Part shown: one piece after another, positions 7,730-18,720 of the stretch
Numbering within the stretch: the first letter of the stretch is position 1
Layout: each line of letters begins with the position of its first letter
Origin: Alloascoidea hylecoeti
Taxonomy: Eukaryota
Assembly: GCA_001600815.1 (NCBI GenBank)
Contig: BCKZ01000006.1
Location: 594,912-614,911 of the forward strand
Direction: 5' to 3'
Length of the DNA stretch: 20,000 bases
Program-made: the position numbers and the translations under genes
The notes under the pieces: generated by a model
Told to the model about the DNA's origin: nothing
Seen by the model: only the letters and a program-made list of their open reading frames with translations
Database searches by the model: none

Positions 7730-9463
7730 TTAAACGGCAGATTGTTCTTTTTCTTTTTCTATATGAGTTTCCTCTGTAATATGTAGATACTGCTCTTCTT
7801 TGTATTCAGCATCAAGAACATTCATTTCTTCTTCAATTAGATTATATTTCTTAAACAAGAACCAAAATACGATTCCAGAAAAGAATGTGGCAACAGAAAG
7901 ACCAGTGTACATCCAAACCATATGTGGATCTTTGGCTCCTGGTGAAATAGCAATACCAATTGCTGAACCAAAGGCATTAGTTAGTAAAAACATTGACATA
8001 ATAAATGATTTCATATTTGCTGGGGCTTTTGTATAAGCATATTCTAACCCTGTAACTGAAGCAAAAATCTCTGATAATGCGATAAAAAGATAAGCTGGGG
8101 CTTGCACAGCAACATGAACTCTGTTTGGAACGCTACCATTTGGTGAAGCAGGACAATTTAATGGTGAATCGTAACAAGGACCAGCGGTATAAATAAGATG
8201 TTGAACGACGGCAGCGTAAGCCATTGCAATAGCACCAAAGAAGAAACCACAAGTGATTCTGGTAATTGGCTTGAACTTAATTCCCATTTTTCTTAAGTAT
8301 GGATAAACGAGTTTATTCAAAATTGGAATAAATATAATAACAACAATTGGATCAATGTTTTGCATAATATCATTTGGAATTCCATGTGTTTCCATTTCAC
8401 CGGCTTGTGATACAAAGTTATTTATCATTTGTCCATAAACAATCCAATAAACTGGATAAAACACAAAAACTTTACAAGCTTTCAATGCTCTTTTAACTTC
8501 TTCGACGTAAAGATCTGTCCATTTAACTGGTGGTTCTCCACTAATTTCACGGACTGTTGGTTTTGCTGCATCAAAGTTACCTTTATTTTTAACACCAATG
8601 AATATAATTCTGAAACAATCTGGAATAACAGATCCCATTGGTGGTTTTATAACATAACGTTTTCTTCCTAATACCAATGCAATAATACCAACGAAAAAGA
8701 AACAGAATGGTAGTAGGTAAGCAGCCCAGAATCCAACATTCATTTCTAATTCAGTTGTTGCTATTGCAGATAATGAACCAGTATTAATACAGAAATAAAA
8801 AACTAAGAAAATGGTCTCAATGGTAGTTGAAGGGTCAACAATAACTCTCTCACCAGACTTTAATGTCTTTAAAAATGGTTTCGTGTTTGTATACTGCTCA
8901 GCAATTAATGGTGACACATTTGATTTAATACCACCAGTACCAAGGCCAATAACAATCATTGCAACAACTAAACCACCAAGTGATGCATTATTTGCAATCG
9001 CAACAGGTAATGAAGTGACAAATAAAATTAAACAACCAACAACGTAAACTAGAGCAAAATAAAAAATTGTTTTATATTTACCCAAGTATGTATCGGCAAT
9101 ATAAGCACCTATAATTGGAGTTACGTAACACCAAAATTGAAAGAAATAAGATAAGGCACTGGTATGGGATTGACCAAGACCCAAGGCGCCCGGCGTACCA
9201 TCAGTTGGCTTATATTGCATATAATTTGTAAAAGGGCCATTAACACCATAATATGTGAATCTTTCACATAATTCAACTACAGCAACTAACCAGACTGCAG
9301 TTGGAAGTTTATCAGCAATACGTCTTAGCGTTGCCATTTCTTCTTCTGTTGGTTCATGTTCATAACTTTCTCTTGATTCAACAGATAAATTTTGATGAAG
9401 TTTATTTTCAGAAATATTCCTAACAGGACTTTCGTTAATATCACTCTCTTGAATTCCTGCCAT
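7730..9463 (-). CDS. PTR2: Proton-dependent di/tripeptide transporter (POT/PTR family), 577 aa
   Basis: ExxERFxYYG motif (ELCERFTYYG), GAYIADTYLGKYKTI, GTGGIKSNVS, FYFCINTGS, LEYAYTKAPANMKS; about 12 hydrophobic segments. Confidence 0.95.
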   Translation of the reverse strand: MAGIQESDINESPVRNISENKLHQNLSVESRESYEHEPTEEEMATLRRIADKLPTAVWLVAVVELCERFTYYGVNGPFTNYMQYKPTDGTPGALGLGQSHTSALSYFFQFWCYVTPIIGAYIADTYLGKYKTIFYFALVYVVGCLILFVTSLPVAIANNASLGGLVVAMIVIGLGTGGIKSNVSPLIAEQYTNTKPFLKTLKSGERVIVDPSTTIETIFLVFYFCINTGSLSAIATTELEMNVGFWAAYLLPFCFFFVGIIALVLGRKRYVIKPPMGSVIPDCFRIIFIGVKNKGNFDAAKPTVREISGEPPVKWTDLYVEEVKRALKACKVFVFYPVYWIVYGQMINNFVSQAGEMETHGIPNDIMQNIDPIVVIIFIPILNKLVYPYLRKMGIKFKPITRITCGFFFGAIAMAYAAVVQHLIYTAGPCYDSPLNCPASPNGSVPNRVHVAVQAPAYLFIALSEIFASVTGLEYAYTKAPANMKSFIMSMFLLTNAFGSAIGIAISPGAKDPHMVWMYTGLSVATFFSGIVFWFLFKKYNLIEEEMNVLDAEYKEEQYLHITEETHIEKEKEQSAV

Positions 9464-11465
9464 TTTTGATTTTAAGATGAAGAGAGGAAAAGAACAATTG
9501 CGGGGAATGATAAATATTTATATATCCAATTAATGGCACCTAAAACTATAACAAGTAAAAGAGGGTTGGAATTTGTAAGGATCTTTAAAACAATTTTGCA
9601 ACCAAGTAAACCTGGAGTTGAAAGAAAAAGTTTCTTTTTCAATAAATAGTGAAGGTTTTATATAATTGTAATGTAATAGATTATGAATAATAGGGTGATT
9701 TAAAACATTGTATATAGTCATACAAGCCAATAAATAATGTGCATCGATATCAATAAACACTTCGGTGTCTCAAGGACAAATAATAAGTAGTGAACGTTAA
9801 CATATTTTTACTTTGATGTTGCATTTATCTATACATATTCATGACGTCAAGGAAATTGAGCGGTAAATTATTACTGGATATTTTAAGGGTTCAACTTGCA
9901 ATGCATATAACCTTACCTTATTTCGGAGAAATTTTCAACGTTTAAAATCTTCGGCGTCAGCCATATGCATAACTTATATCTTGTAGATATGCTAAATTAT
10001 CATGTTATACATATTAATCTAAAAGTTCCACAGTTATTGTAGCCATGTATGGGCCAGGGGTTCGACTTAGAAGATCCTTATGATCGATATCTGACCCGAA
10101 AATCAAGGTACTATAGCTTCATTCATCATATATTATACTTATTCTGCATTATTTGTCTTATGGTTCAACTAACAAATACGATGGATTTTAAGCTTTTAGC
10201 TGCAATTGGTCTTATATGACCAAATTTACTGCAAATTATTAGGTTTCCAACTTTTCGTATTCTTGTTGTAGCATCAAAGAGAACTGGATCACACGATAGT
10301 TAAACATGCATAATTGCATCTCACCGTAAACTGAAAAAAATTATCACAGAAATTCGCATAACATAATGTTGGCCGCGGACAACTTGGCCAAGCTTATACC
10401 CGGCAAGGAAAAGTTGAGAATTGATGGATTTATTCTATTGTTGTTCAATTTGTCCTATTGGCTGATTAGAAGATAAGCAACTGCAGCTGTCATGCCTATA
10501 CATAACAATACTTGAATATATTCAAATATTGCATTACACGGCTCACTCTGCGCATACTAATAATGTAATATTTGAAGCCTTACCTATAAGTCCTTCTTAC
10601 AAGTCCAATTGCAATTGCATAAGATCTCCCGAAGGATTTTTGTTTTAACAAAATGAGAAGTAGGCCCACAATCGTAATTGTTTGGGTACACCCTTTAATT
10701 ATAGCATTCGGCCTTTTCCGGGTTGAGTTGAAAGAGTCATAGGAATCCCTGAAAATACGCTTCACGTATGCTATTTCAAAAGTTAATTATGCATCCACAC
10801 CCTTATAGAAGAGCCAATTGTAATCGAAAATATTCACTTATCAATTGGGCAATATATCCATCCTAGCTATAAATAATACTTAACCATTTTAGATTCAGTT
10901 TGTGTGGGATATCCAGTTGCAACGTTAGCATTACAAAGACACTGAGATTATAATTTTATGTAGTGAACTACTATCAATAGAATAGTAACGTATTGCTATA
11001 CATAGGCACAGTATACAGTTTAACTTGTATTATTAGAGATCATGTTGAAACCAGTTACGCCAAAAAGTTTCATGGCCTTTTGTTGACTCCTCAAGGTCAG
11101 AGTGGATATATCCAACATGTAATACAGTTGCAATTTCAATAATCTATAGCCCACTAGTACAGTAGTTACTTTAAGATCATTGTAACATTTTAATATAATA
11201 CCCATGGTAGTACTTTGCCCAGATTTCCGATAGTAACGCCGTGCTATGATCGGCATACAACACATTGCAGAAATATCAAATTATTCATATCTTTTGAATT
11301 CATAATCTCATCGTTTGATGAACGGCAATAGACGGTAGCAGAAAGTCGGATTACGTAATGAAAACTTTCCCACACACATTATTTTTTTCATCACCGGCAG
11401 TTACCCGGAGATAATATTGCTACACAATAGGATTTTCTTTAGATGTCAGCGATCAGACGATCAAA

Positions 11466-11819
11466 ATGGCAGAAGTTCCAAAGTATGTAAATGATTAACA
11501 GGTTATATGTGTACTATGCTAATATATCAACTTATAATAGGGAAGTTATTCAAAAGCTAGTGATATTCACAGCAGCAATGGTCATTGCTCCACTTACAAG
11601 TTTCTTCACGGTAAAGTACTTATTAGGTATGAAATGTTTATTTATCTCATTAACAGTTAGATATCCCTTTTAACCAAACAAAATTCAGGATTTAATTCAA
11701 TTCTTTCGGGTGGTCTAGCAGCTTTAGTAGCTAATATTGTGTTGATTGGTTATATTGTGGCTGCATTTGCTGAAGACACAACCAAATTTGAAAATGTAAA
11801 AGAAAAGAAAGAACAATGA
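11466..11819 (+). CDS. VMA21: V-ATPase assembly factor Vma21, 77 aa; exons 11466..11482, 11541..11626, 11689..11819
   Basis: Spliced product [77 protein letters not shown]: two TM helices, the conserved SGGLAAxxANxVLIxY motif and a C-terminal KKxx ER-retrieval signal. Introns GTATGT..TAG (58 nt) and GTATGA..CAG (62 nt) keep the frame. Confidence 0.93.
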
Positions 11820-12074
11820 TTTTATAAATTATATTAATCACAAAATACATATACCAAACCTCCCATATGAATATTACCATAAAGCTATATATGTAGCTAA
11901 TTTATACGCACGAAAAGAAAAAAAATATATAAAAATAAAGACAAGGAAAATAAAATTTATCTTTGCTGGCCAAAAATAACATTTTCATATACGTATTAAG
12001 TATACATTTTCTTGTTCCCAAAACCCTGGTTTTCTGTAAATAGTTTTTTTTTTTTTGGGCTTCAAAATGTGTCA

Positions 12075-13740
12075 TTATGGGCGTACGAGTTTCACATCGT
12101 CATAAATTACTATTCGACGAGCTCTAATACTAGGTATAATATCTCCATTTTCCAAATTTTGACTAATTAACCTTTTTTTTCCTTGCTTCATTTTCTTAAG
12201 TTTCGAATGAAAACTCTGTTCTTCAATATCCTTATGATTTTCGTTTTCATTTTCATTACCATTAAACTCCTCTCGTACGCTATCATTGTTATATTCTTCT
12301 TCAGCAGCAACAGGAAAATCGTTCTCATCGTTATCATTCGGTGCATTCAAGCCATAATCACCGTTCGATTCTTCATGAATTAACATATTCTCTTCTTTTT
12401 GATCTTGTTGTTCTTGATGAATCACATCATTCGATTCTATAGCATTTGGTGGATCAGACGGTGAATCTCTATTATCCTTTAGATCATACTCTATATTAAG
12501 TATAGGAGATAAACGATTTATTGGAGAATTCTTATTCAAATCAATCGAAATATCATTGTATTCTTCAAAATCAGAGTTGATAATCTCATTATCATAATTT
12601 TCATCAATATCATCTTTTTGATCATTATTATCATCATAAACTTTAGCTAAATTTGAGTTAATCAAAGTTATATTAGTTCCTGTTGTTTGTGTATCTTTAT
12701 CCTCTTCCTCGAAGATTGATTCTGATAATTCGGCATCGCTTTGATAATTATCAGGAGAAACAGGGTGATTTTCTGTGAACTCATCATTTGTAGATAAAAC
12801 AGTACTAGTAGTAATTGGTGAAACATGGAACATGTCGGTTTCAGCTTCAATTTCATTGTTTCTACTTTTGGTATTTTGAAATTTAAGCTCGATGTCTTCA
12901 TTATTTTCATCTGAAGCATGATTCGATTCAATATCTTGGTCATTTTGATGTCCAATATCATAATCATCTTCAACGCCTATCTCTATATTAGATGCAATAA
13001 ATTTCTCGTTACCTTCTTCGGTAATATCATATTTCGTATGATTTTCATTAGGTGCCACTTTGAATTTACCAATTGGAGATTGAGCAAATGGCATAAGATT
13101 GCTATCTTGATTAAATGGTGATGATGATCCATTACGATTTCTGCAATCAGTAGGAATTATGACATTTTTTAAAATCTTATATTCTAGTTTTTGTTCGATT
13201 TCTTTCATATGATTTTGTTTTCCAAGTAAGTCATAATTATCAGGTAATTCTAGTAAATCATTAGGATTTGTAGGTGTCAATACAGGATTATCAAAAAATG
13301 ATTCCTTTTCATTAAGTTGTTCAGTAACCTTTGAATCATTTAAAGAATCTGTGTCACCTTCATAATTATCATTTTTTAAATGATTATCCTTTACATTTGA
13401 TGATCTGATTTCATCTCGTGATGAATTGATTTTGTCATCTACGGATTGAGAATTATCATGAATAGAATCAGTAGTTGATTCAGATTCAGATTCTGAGTAT
13501 GATTCATTATCAGATACGTTTAATGAAAATTTACCACCCGTATTTTCTAATAGATCACCATAATCACCATCATCGTTTGAGTTAACAATTTTATCAATAG
13601 TGTCTAAATCCTTTTCACCTTTTGCGACTAGTTACAAAATAAAAATAGTTAGTTCATTGAATAAAATCATAGTAAAAGAAATTTTTGACTTACTTTCAAA
13701 AATTAAGGTATCTGTATCAAAATCATATTTGTCATCCGGT

Positions 13741-13772
<32 letters not shown>

Positions 13773-15659
13773 CTCCTCCTCAATGTCCCCTACATCTTCA
13801 ATCACAGAAATTGCCGAATTATTTTGTTCTTTCACCGAAATCCTAGCTGATCTTCTTGCACTTCTCTTGTTATTGTAGATATCAGATATTGGACTATTTG
13901 CAGGTCCTGATGGTTTATAATCATCAAAATCGGAATCAAGTTCAAAATCGAAGTGTTGATGAGACCTTGTCTTTTTCTCTTTAGATTCTGTATTTACATC
14001 GTCGTCAACACGATTTTTGTTAGGTTTTTCCTTTTTAGGGGTTGTCTTTTCCCTTGTGTTATTAAATATTGATGATCGCCTACGACTTGGTGTTAAATTT
14101 GAAGTTAAATGTGGCTTTGGATTTAATGATGCTACACGTTTCCTGTTATATTGAGGAACTTTTGAACGTGATATTATAGGTAAGGCTGACTTAGCTTGTA
14201 CTCCCGATCTGACTCTTTCTCTGGGAGATGAGTTTGAGATTGAACGACATCGAGCTGTATGCGATTTTGTTATCTCGTCTGATACATGCAATTGACTATT
14301 ATTAGTACGTATGCTGTTTGTTTTTCGTTTCTTGTTGGGTGGCACTGATTGATTATTATTATTATCGTGTTTTGTATTCGTAAAACTATGGGGTGTATAC
14401 TTTGTGACATCTACGCCAATAATTTCAATATCACTATCATTGCCATACTTTGCCTCCGGCTTTTTAATTGTAGTCGATATTGATCTTCGCCATTGTCCAG
14501 GTCGTATACTTGGTACTGGTGTAGCTTTTGTTATTTTTGATTTTGAAATTGATTTTGAAGTTGGTCTTTGTTTTAGTTTTGAGCTTGGAAATTTTATTTT
14601 CAAGTTCGATTTTTTTGGAGTTAGAATATCTTGGGGAGCTAAAACATTGCCCCATACTCCTAGCAGTTGTTTTATCAAGAAAGGGTGACGTAAAGCAGAT
14701 TCCGGACTTGCCCTTAAAACATTATTTGGATGTAAAATAAATTTAAAGAAATCTTTTGCTAAATTTATATCATCAATCTCTTTTGTTGTGTAGTGAGGAA
14801 CACGCGGTGGATCAGGAGTTGTTTTGAATATTTCCTCTAATAAGAAGAAATCCGAGAGTTCATCATTGGGTGGTAGAATCTTTTTCTCATGTTTCCATTT
14901 TAAACCACGGCCTCTATAGCAATCTAAAGAACCAAACATTTTTGCAATTTTAATAATTGCCTCAGATTCATCTTTTCCAGCTAATAATTTCCAATCTGAG
15001 TCTAATTCTATATCAAGTTCTGAGTTTTCATTATAAGTTGATTTAATATACAGTTCCAATAGAACAATACCAACACTCCAAACATCGATATTTTCATTAA
15101 AGCTTTTATCACCCATAAATATTTCAGGGGCTCTATAAGCAATAGTCTGTATCTCAAAATCATCATGATATAGATTGAAGCTTTCGACTTTCACTGCATT
15201 ACTAAAATCAATTAATTTAATACCAAATTTTGAGTCCTGACGCCGTAGGATATTTTCTGGTTTTATGTCACAATGTACCCATCCGATATTGTGGAGTTCC
15301 AAAAGACCCTGAAATAATTGAGTAGCATACTTTGCTAAAGTTTTCAATCTTTTTGCAACCGTATTACCAGGGATAATCAAAGGTCTGGAAGTATCTAATA
15401 ATTCATAAACAATATTGATGGATTCTTCATCTTGAAAAAAATCCAAAGGGTGTAGTAAATAATCCGAAGCGATTAAAGTATTTCTCGTTTTATTGACGAA
15501 ACTTACTTCTTGTCTTCCAATATCCTGATATCGCTTTTTGATACTTTTTATGGCGACCATTTGATTTTGAACACGGTCTTCAGCCAAATAAGTGACGGCG
15601 AAAGCTCCTGAACCGAGAGCCTCACGGAAATAGTAATTCCCAGATTGCCTACCTCCCAT
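12075..15659 (-). CDS. Atypical CMGC (DYRK/HIPK-like) protein kinase with a long basic then acidic low-complexity tail, ~1172 aa; exons 15659..13694 and 13627..12075
   Basis: LGSGAFAVT, VAIK, alphaC Glu, HCDIKPENIL, DFS, IQTIAYRAPE, DVWSVG, ALRHPF. Intron 13628..13693 (GTAAGT...AACTAAC...TAG, 66 nt) joins the 675-aa and 401-aa ORFs in frame, with an open reading frame through 13627..13281. Confidence 0.85.
13740..13781 (-). repeat. (GAR)14 trinucleotide run encoding poly-Glu in the kinase tail
   Basis: 14 consecutive GAG/GAA codons. Confidence 0.9.
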
Positions 15660-15767
15660 TAATCAGTGATATTTTTGTTTGCGAAGTGATAATTTTAACG
15701 TATGGCGTAGTAAATTTAAAAGTTCACACTCCAAACATCCATCACCAAATATTTCTTTTCACACAAT

Positions 15768-16765
15768 ATGATAAATAATTATAACTTTTTCGCGTTTTGG
15801 AAGTTATTTCTTATTTGGCTGGTATATAACTTCTCCTGTCTGTTTCGGTTCTCCGACAAAAACTGTTGGGTCCCAAACTGCTTGAAATCGAACAATTTAA
15901 TCAAAAGGTTTTGGCACTCTGTTGATGTGTTCATTGGACACCAAAATGGGTTAAAATTCATCATCACCGGAGACAAATTAGATACCACAAAACCAACTGC
16001 AACACTTTTGATATCCAATCATAATGGAGTAATTGATTATTTGATTCTTTCTCATTATATTTCTGTTATTAAAGGGTCAACTCCATACTTTTTCTCATGG
16101 GCGTCAAGTTGGAAATTGCCATCTGTTAGAACAGTTTGTCGATCCTTTGAAATCAGTGAGAATTGGGATGTTTCCAGATTGGACTCCGCTAAAATGATTA
16201 ATGCTTACGACTGTATGTCAAAATGATGTTGTTTGCTACTCATCGCTACTAATTTATATGTTTATAGGGACCATATTGTTTCCAGAGGTGAATTCCTGGT
16301 CAACATCAAATGCTTCAAAAGTCAGTCAATGAACCGTTAAAGTATATTCTTATAAATACCAACAGGAAAAACTAACATCTACTTATTCTACAGCACACAA
16401 GGTTTTGTGATAAATATTGTTTACCCCAATTGAAGAATCTATTATACCCTCGTTTCCCATCTTTTATCAACGCATCCTATACCTATAAGTATATACAATC
16501 TGAAGCCAAGTTGGTTGATATCACAATTAGATACTATTGGTATAATAAAGAAACAGACAAATTTGAACCCAAAACCCCAAATTTCATGGAATTCTTCTTT
16601 GGTGATGCTTCTTCCTATGTCATCCGAATTCATATTACCCGTAAGAACTTAGACAAGCTATCCACCAATAAGAGGAAGTTGGAGAAGTGGCTAGAAAGAG
16701 AATGGGTCCTTAAAGATGCCTTCATCCAGTCTTTGGACCAAAATCTATCATTATTAGAAAAATAG
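15768..16765 (+). CDS. PlsC/AGPAT-family (lyso)phospholipid acyltransferase-like protein (Mum3/Cst26-type), 289 aa; exons 15768..16212, 16268..16320, 16394..16765
   Basis: Motif I NHxxxxD (ISNHNGVIDY), motif III ILFPE in the 53-nt middle exon, then LLYPR, DITIRY and KWLEREWVLKD of the acyltransferase C-terminal domain. Introns GTATGT..TACTAAT..TAG (55 nt) and GTCAGT..AACTAAC..CAG (73 nt) restore one frame. Confidence 0.85.
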
Positions 16766-16884
16766 AAATATATAAAACCCATATGTTCAAGTAGTTTATT
16801 ACATAATTATAAATAGCCGGGTAAATTATAAGTCAACTCATCCTTCATATTTAAAGGTTTAGTCCTTGAAACCGAAAGGAGGAA

Positions 16885-18720
16885 ATGTCAGATTCAACAG
16901 GGCCGGACAACTTGGAAGGAGCCTCTTTATCTTTCAGTATTCCAGGCGTCCTGGATAACAGCACATGGTCCTCCTTGTCCTTCAAGGAAAAGTATATCCA
17001 CATCACGCAAACACCTCCAAGACAAGTGGCATTTTTTGAAGAACACCTTCCAATATTTATAATATTTACACTTCCATCAACTTATTCAACAAATGACACT
17101 AAATTTGATTCTTGGATGAAAAATATAGAGGATTCTACAGTTTCACTAGATCATTTAATCGTCGGAAAGCAACCTCTTCCTCTTCGTCAAAAAGATCCTT
17201 CAAATTCTAATGAACATACACGCATATTACATTCTGAGACACTGGATTGTAAGGGATTATTGGGCTCCATGATAGATGATAAAGACGGCTCATTAGTAGT
17301 AATATGGTTTTCTAATATTGAAATTTTATACCCCAGAACACGGCTGGAAAATCCAAATATAGTTTTAACAACACATATTACTTTCCCAATACACTCAATA
17401 GAAAAAGACTTAAGCTTACAATTGGCAGATATATCATCAGATCATGAATCATTCTTGGAAGAGTTTGTGCCTGCTTATAGTAAAAATATATTGGCTCCAT
17501 TAAGTGAGGGACTTGATCAAGAGCCTTCCGATTCCTCTGCATTTATGCCTGCTTCTCGTCTAACTGGTAAAAGATATATTTCCTATCAACAAGAACTTGA
17601 GCAAAGTGTTACATCAAAACTTAAACAGGCCCAAGTTCAGAGGGAAAGCGATGATGCCAAATCAAATCTTACTACAAGTATTAGTTTACCTGTTGTTCCA
17701 ATCCTTAGTATGAAATTAAGATCAACAAAAGCTGCAGGTATAAATGATACATTAATATCAACTCTTGATATAGAGCCTTCTGACTTATTTATAATACATA
17801 ATTTGAAAGTTATAGTCAAATCTATCAATGTCAACTTAATTGGTGGCGATGTTAAACAATTTAGTCATTCTCAATTACCTATCTCTATAGGTACAGGTGA
17901 TGCTGCCTCATTTTTATATTATTTATCAAATAATGATTTTTTACCACAACAACTTTCTTCCAATTCTATTAGTGAAGAATACAATTCTCGGAATCGTCCG
18001 GTAAAGATTAAAGTCGATGTAATTCCTTTAATATCAGCTGAAAATGAAAATGAATTCGAAAATGATAGCAGTTTAAATTCCCTAGGTCCCACCGTATCAA
18101 TAAGTTGGTCAACAACAACTGATTTTGGTATAATTGCACCTCCAACAAATTCATCATTAAAAACAAGTAGTCATAGACATTCAAATCCAAATGTGCCACC
18201 ACGATTAGCATCTAGTTTATCAATTTTAAAACATTTAAAAAGTTCAATGTCATCATTAACTGTTAATGTACCAAGATCATCATCAACTAAAAATGTTTTA
18301 ACAAAATTAGCATTATCTTTTTCTGGTACAACAACTGTTAAAATTGGTGAAACTTTTAAATGGAAAATCTTTGCAATTAATAAATTAAACTCAGCAAGAA
18401 AATTATCTTTATATATTCAACCAAAAGATCAATTTGAAAAAATCTTACCAAAAATTACTGAATCAAATCTTCCTGTAATAGATAACCTTATGTTAAAAAA
18501 TATCTATAAAAATTCTTCATTACCATTACCGGGTATCATATGTCTAGGAAATGATATTAGAATCGGTCCATTAGGCCCGTTTTCAAGTTATGAAACTGAA
18601 ATTACTTTATTAGCTCTCAATGTGGGTACTTTTTCTTTAGAAGGTGTTAGAGTTATAGACCTCGCAAGTGGTGATAGTTTTGATTGTGGGAGATTATTAG
18701 AAGTTGTAGTGAGAGATTGA
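16885..18720 (+). CDS. TRS65: TRAPPII complex subunit Trs65 (Kre11)-like, 611 aa
   Basis: The C-terminal region F-x-W-x-I-F-A-I-N and ICLGNDIRIGPL..SYETEITLLAL..G..SLEGVRVIDL..GDSFDCGRLLEVVV resembles fungal Trs65. Single long ORF. Confidence 0.8.
   Translation: MSDSTGPDNLEGASLSFSIPGVLDNSTWSSLSFKEKYIHITQTPPRQVAFFEEHLPIFIIFTLPSTYSTNDTKFDSWMKNIEDSTVSLDHLIVGKQPLPLRQKDPSNSNEHTRILHSETLDCKGLLGSMIDDKDGSLVVIWFSNIEILYPRTRLENPNIVLTTHITFPIHSIEKDLSLQLADISSDHESFLEEFVPAYSKNILAPLSEGLDQEPSDSSAFMPASRLTGKRYISYQQELEQSVTSKLKQAQVQRESDDAKSNLTTSISLPVVPILSMKLRSTKAAGINDTLISTLDIEPSDLFIIHNLKVIVKSINVNLIGGDVKQFSHSQLPISIGTGDAASFLYYLSNNDFLPQQLSSNSISEEYNSRNRPVKIKVDVIPLISAENENEFENDSSLNSLGPTVSISWSTTTDFGIIAPPTNSSLKTSSHRHSNPNVPPRLASSLSILKHLKSSMSSLTVNVPRSSSTKNVLTKLALSFSGTTTVKIGETFKWKIFAINKLNSARKLSLYIQPKDQFEKILPKITESNLPVIDNLMLKNIYKNSSLPLPGIICLGNDIRIGPLGPFSSYETEITLLALNVGTFSLEGVRVIDLASGDSFDCGRLLEVVVRD

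Noticed and set aside
7800..9047. Plus-strand ORFs within PTR2 (also antisense or alternative-frame ORFs inside the kinase, acyltransferase and TRS65)
   Set aside because: Shadows of long real CDSs.
9530..11265. ORFs 9530..9760, 10580..10765 and 11020..11265
   Set aside because: Short, mostly non-ATG starts, no recognisable domains.
11443..11560. Upstream ATG (MSAIRRSK...) as an extended VMA21 N-terminus
   Set aside because: Out of frame with the VMA21 ATG and stops early in exon 2 after splicing; at most an overlapping uORF.
13281..13631. Kinase and 401-aa acidic ORF as two separate genes or a pseudogene
   Set aside because: A canonical 66-nt intron joins them in frame and the intervening sequence is open.
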